A stretch of DNA of 64,000 bases from Candidatus Bathyarchaeota archaeon (lineage in GTDB: Archaea; Thermoproteota; Bathyarchaeia; 40CM-2-53-6), in assembly GCA_963833125.1 (NCBI GenBank), contig CAWHWX010000004.1:160001-224000 (forward strand). The letters are read 5' to 3'. A program made the translations under genes and the position numbers. Each line of letters opens with the position of its first letter. Within the stretch, counting starts at the first letter, position 1. Below, piece by piece: positions 61,055-64,000 of the stretch. The notes below the pieces were generated by a model. That model worked only from the letters and a program-made list of their open reading frames with translations, was not told the origin of the DNA and did no database searches.

Positions 61055-61259
61055 TTATCAAACCAAAACTGAAAGTTCCTAGACCCAAGCACAGCACAAC
61101 GGTCGAATAGGCTGCAAGCCAAGGAGTAATTACGAAACCGACCCACAACACCATTACGAGCGTACCTAGACATATAGTAAACGGCGCAATTTCACCAAGA
61201 TTTCGCTCAAACAGCGACCGAGTATTTTTCGTTCACTTTTACGCTTCTCGCGGACGTTC

Positions 61260-61320
61260 CATCAACCGAACGGTAACAGTCGGATTCTATCCCGCTATCA
61301 ACCGTGAACGTAACGTTACC
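61260..61320 (-). repeat. Right TIR, bipartite
   Basis: Reverse complement of the left TIR with the same 42-bp offset of the inner block. Confidence 0.9.
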
Positions 61321-61328
61321 TTACGTAA
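61321..61328. repeat. Right target-site duplication TTACGTAA, shared with the next element
   Basis: Lies between CC of element 1 and GG of element 2. Confidence 0.8.
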
Positions 61329-61615
61329 GGTAACGTGAAGTTGTCGGTTGACCGTTTCCTTTGTGAAAAATCGGTTGATTTGCTACTTCACGGATGAAAT
61401 CAATCCAGAACCCTTTAGGCATCGGATCAGGATCAGACGACAAACAAGCTCATGAATTCCACATGGCGATAACATCCTTTTGAACGCTTAGGCAAGAGAA
61501 GTCAGCGGACGGTTTGTTACAGCCCCAAGAAATGAGCATAACAGACGAGGACGTTAAGTTACCTTATACTTTCCGGTCCTAATCCAATCGTTTCAGTAGC
61601 TCTTGAGGAACGGCC

Positions 61616-62491
61616 TCATCTCAAGAGCGACCGAGTTTCGACGGAGGAGTTCGGCCTAGTTCTCCGTCTAAGGACTCCGTACGCGAGCACGGTGAGGACT
61701 GCGATTAGCGGTAATCCTAACGGGTATTCAGGGATCGGCGCAACGGGTGCGCTGAAGGCGGCTCCTACCTCCACCCAAAAGTCGGAGCCTGTTGACCCGC
61801 TAATAGTAATTGTTCCCGGGAAAGTGGTTGGAGATGAGAGGGGGTCCGCAATCTCCACGGCAGAACACGTGTTCGATGGATTGGGGGCGGTGACGTAGGA
61901 GAATCCAGAACCCGGGTTAATTGCTTCCATCCCACACAATCCGAGTCCTACAACCGCGATTAGGAAAGCAGGAGGCGTGAAAGAGGTTGATGAGGTTGCA
62001 ATCGACGACGATGGGGGCGGACCCGAAGTTCCAGTCCCGGTCGATACGCTTGGGGGAGTTACTCCGGAGACCTCGAAGAGGTAGACATCAAGAACATTTG
62101 CAGCTGGGCCTATGCTCACCGTTACAGTGTCAGAACAAGGACAACCTCCAGAAGAGATAGTGGCGTAATAGATGGCGGAAGTGAACAACGTCAAAGTACT
62201 ATCGACAAGCTCAACAGCCTTATTGTAGGAAGAACCGAGGCTGTCCGTAACAGAAGAGACGGTTTCTAAACTATTTTGAATAAGGATCCCCACGACAACT
62301 ACATCCCCGCTGGTTACAGGCATCACGAACGCCTTAGAGGCGGTGGTAACGAAGGTGGGAATACCACTTTCTTGAGTTGTCTGCTGAACGACCGAAACGC
62401 TGGCATGAACTTGGGTAGCCAACAGTACGGGGCCGAACCCAGCTATCAACAATGCTGCGAAAATTAACCGAATTATTTGCGGATAGGCCAA
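61616..62491 (-). CDS. Cargo: Ser/Thr-rich secreted protein with PEF-CTERM anchor
   Basis: Signal peptide; ends IPEYP-TM-RRR. Confidence 0.85.
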   Translation of the reverse strand: MAYPQIIRLIFAALLIAGFGPVLLATQVHASVSVVQQTTQESGIPTFVTTASKAFVMPVTSGDVVVVGILIQNSLETVSSVTDSLGSSYNKAVELVDSTLTLFTSAIYYATISSGGCPCSDTVTVSIGPAANVLDVYLFEVSGVTPPSVSTGTGTSGPPPSSSIATSSTSFTPPAFLIAVVGLGLCGMEAINPGSGFSYVTAPNPSNTCSAVEIADPLSSPTTFPGTITISGSTGSDFWVEVGAAFSAPVAPIPEYPLGLPLIAVLTVLAYGVLRRRTRPNSSVETRSLLR

Positions 62492-62586
62492 ACCCAGCTG
62501 ACTAATGAATCTAGGTTACGCGTTGCGTATATAAGCCCATGTCTCCGCTGCCGAAGAATCAAGGTAACGGTACTGTTGCATTCTAG

Positions 62587-63088
62587 TCAGTTCTTACGCT
62601 TACTGGCGTTCTGAATCAGAGTCAACCACTTGTTTTCACCTTCAATCTTGATTCCCGCAACCTCAGCAGGAGTTTTTCCTTTCAACGCTTCGTGCGGTCT
62701 AATGTAATTGTGAAAGATTTGCATACCTGAAAGAATGGCCGTATCAGGCTTTTCTAAAGTTCGCATGACCTTCTCTCTTTGACGTAATTCTCCATTCATT
62801 CTGTCCATCTTGTTGTTGTGGCGAACTCCGTTGAATGCAATCTCTCGGATGTGCTCTGTTCTGTTTGCGATCTTGTTTGTTCGAAATTCTTGTTCGTAGG
62901 CTTCGTGAAAGTTCGGCGCTCCATCGGTTATGAGAGTCTTAGGATTCTTCTCAGCAACTCGTTTACCTTGTTGAATAGAGACCGTTAGGTCGGCTGTGAA
63001 TTTGGTGTCAGCTACTTGCACTATCCAGAAACGTGTTCGTTCATCTATCATGGCATAAAGATACCGAGTCCCGTTTGACCTTGAGGAA
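62587..63088 (-). pseudogene. Truncated IS6-family transposase (C-terminal half)
   Basis: Homology begins at FLKVK, just after the first catalytic Asp; ITDGAP present; third acidic residue is D (NNKMDRMN). Confidence 0.85.
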
Positions 63089-63130
63089 TAGCAAGAGAAA
63101 CTGGATACTCGGCTAAGTCAATTTAAATAA

Positions 63131-63604
63131 TTGACTGAGTCAAGCATTTTTGAACGAATAATGTCTAGACAGTCAAATCGAGTTCTCTCCGGAGTGAGGC
63201 GGAGTTTTCGCTCTCAAGGAATCATGAAACGTCTGGGCGCTCATATTACGCGGCTCAACAAGGGTCTTGTTGAGATTTCAGCGCAGAATCGTCCAGACCT
63301 TAGGCAACAAGATGGTTTTGTGCATGCCGGCGTTCTAGCGACGTTACTCGACAGCGCTGGCGGTTATGCAGTCCTATCTTTGCTGCCGCGCGGCTCTAGA
63401 GTGCTTGCCGTTGAGTTCAAGATCAATTTCACGAGACCCGCCGTAGGAGAGAGAATGCGTGTTGTTGGAAGAGTCCGGAGGCTAGGAAGAAGGATAGCGG
63501 TTTGCGAGCTCGAGGCATTCATGAACGAGAAGAGAAAATGGGTGTCTTGCGCGTGGGGATCCCAAACGGTCTACTGCATTAGGCCAGATGGCACCCATGA
63601 TTGA
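63131..63604 (+). CDS. PaaI-family hotdog thioesterase
   Basis: QQDGFVHAGVLATLLDSAGG...EFKINF. Confidence 0.9.
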   Translation: MTESSIFERIMSRQSNRVLSGVRRSFRSQGIMKRLGAHITRLNKGLVEISAQNRPDLRQQDGFVHAGVLATLLDSAGGYAVLSLLPRGSRVLAVEFKINFTRPAVGERMRVVGRVRRLGRRIAVCELEAFMNEKRKWVSCAWGSQTVYCIRPDGTHD

Positions 63605-64000
63605 CACCGAGTTTAACCAGGACGCTTCGGCGTTTCGTCACTTCAACCGATTCTACACCCAAAAGGTCGGTGTGCTAGAGGAGGATTACCTATGTAGTCC
63701 ACTCTCTCTCAGCAAAGTACGAGTGTTATACGAGCTTGCTCATCGACGAAAGGCCACTTCGACCGAGATTGGGAAAGTGTTGGGGCTAGATGCGGGCTAC
63801 TTGAGCCGTATCGTCAATAATTTTGCTCAAGAGGGGCTTATCGATAGCAAACCTTCCAAAACGGACGGTCGGCAAACCATTTTGCGGCTCACGAAGCAAG
63901 GCCTCAAGATATTCGCAACTCTCAACGCACGGGCAGAAGAAAAGGCCTCGACAATCCTAAATCCGTTAGCGACGAACGACCGAAACCGCCTCTTCAACGC
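63597..64000 (+). CDS. MarR-family HTH protein (MarR-GNAT type N-terminus), runs off the right edge
   Basis: Hand-translated: FRHFNRFYTQKVGVL...LSLSKVRVLYELAHR...LGLDAGYLSRIV...DGRQTILRLTKQG. Confidence 0.88.
   Translation, partial: MIDTEFNQDASAFRHFNRFYTQKVGVLEEDYLCSPLSLSKVRVLYELAHRRKATSTEIGKVLGLDAGYLSRIVNNFAQEGLIDSKPSKTDGRQTILRLTKQGLKIFATLNARAEEKASTILNPLATNDRNRLFN

Larger units (their letters stand above)
58254..61320 (-). mobile_element. IS6-family cargo-carrying transposon (3067 bp)
   Basis: IS240/IS6-type DDE transposase, bipartite TIRs starting GG, 8-bp flanking direct repeat, three additional ORFs. Confidence 0.85.
61329..63088 (-). mobile_element. Second, truncated IS6-family cargo element in tandem
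   Basis: End GGTAACGTGAAGTTGTCGGTTGAC...CGGTTGAT resembles the element-1 TIR; contains a paralogous partial transposase; no right TIR seen. Confidence 0.7.

Noticed and set aside
60951-61154. Minus-strand hydrophobic 67-aa ORF as extra cargo
   Set aside because: It overlaps the 60293-61054 gene by about 100 bp and has no clear RBS; unresolved.
58254-63088. Classical composite transposon bounded by two identical IS copies
   Set aside because: The two transposases are diverged paralogs, and element 1 is closed by its own TIR pair and target duplication.
1-64000. tRNA, rRNA or CRISPR arrays
   Set aside because: None recognised by eye. tRNAscan-SE and Infernal were not run, so small RNAs could be missed.

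Overview
Archaeal chromosomal window. GGAGGTGA/GGTGA ribosome-binding sites, Hef, a DRG GTPase, UPF0147/UPF0148, a thermosome relic and PEF-/CFI-box-type C-terminal anchors point to a Bathyarchaeia/TACK-type genome; that lineage call is inference. About 15 otherwise intact genes carry single indels, most likely uncorrected long-read errors. Three parts stand out. (1) 1-16.7 kb is an island dense in small proteins, many below the ORF-track cutoff. It holds three paralogous ribbon-helix-helix (RHH) genes with 8-bp-phased TATA repeats upstream, a 60-aa Tyr/Gly peptide, a 22-aa membrane peptide, CsbD-like and lmo0937-like proteins, a histone-H1-like peptide, zinc fingers, a CBS-GT4 fusion, an S2P-CBS protease, a six-repeat adhesin and a decayed thermosome 3' end. 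(2) 27.5-41 kb holds three ABC-2 exporter modules around a 1251-aa surface protein, an S-layer-domain protein and PadR. (3) 58.2-63.1 kb holds an IS6-family cargo transposon (58254-61320) with bipartite terminal inverted repeats (TIRs), flanked by an 8-bp palindromic direct repeat (TTACGTAA). A second related element starts directly after that repeat, and both carry surface or membrane-protein cargo. The rest is ordinary housekeeping. No rRNA, tRNA or CRISPR array was seen.
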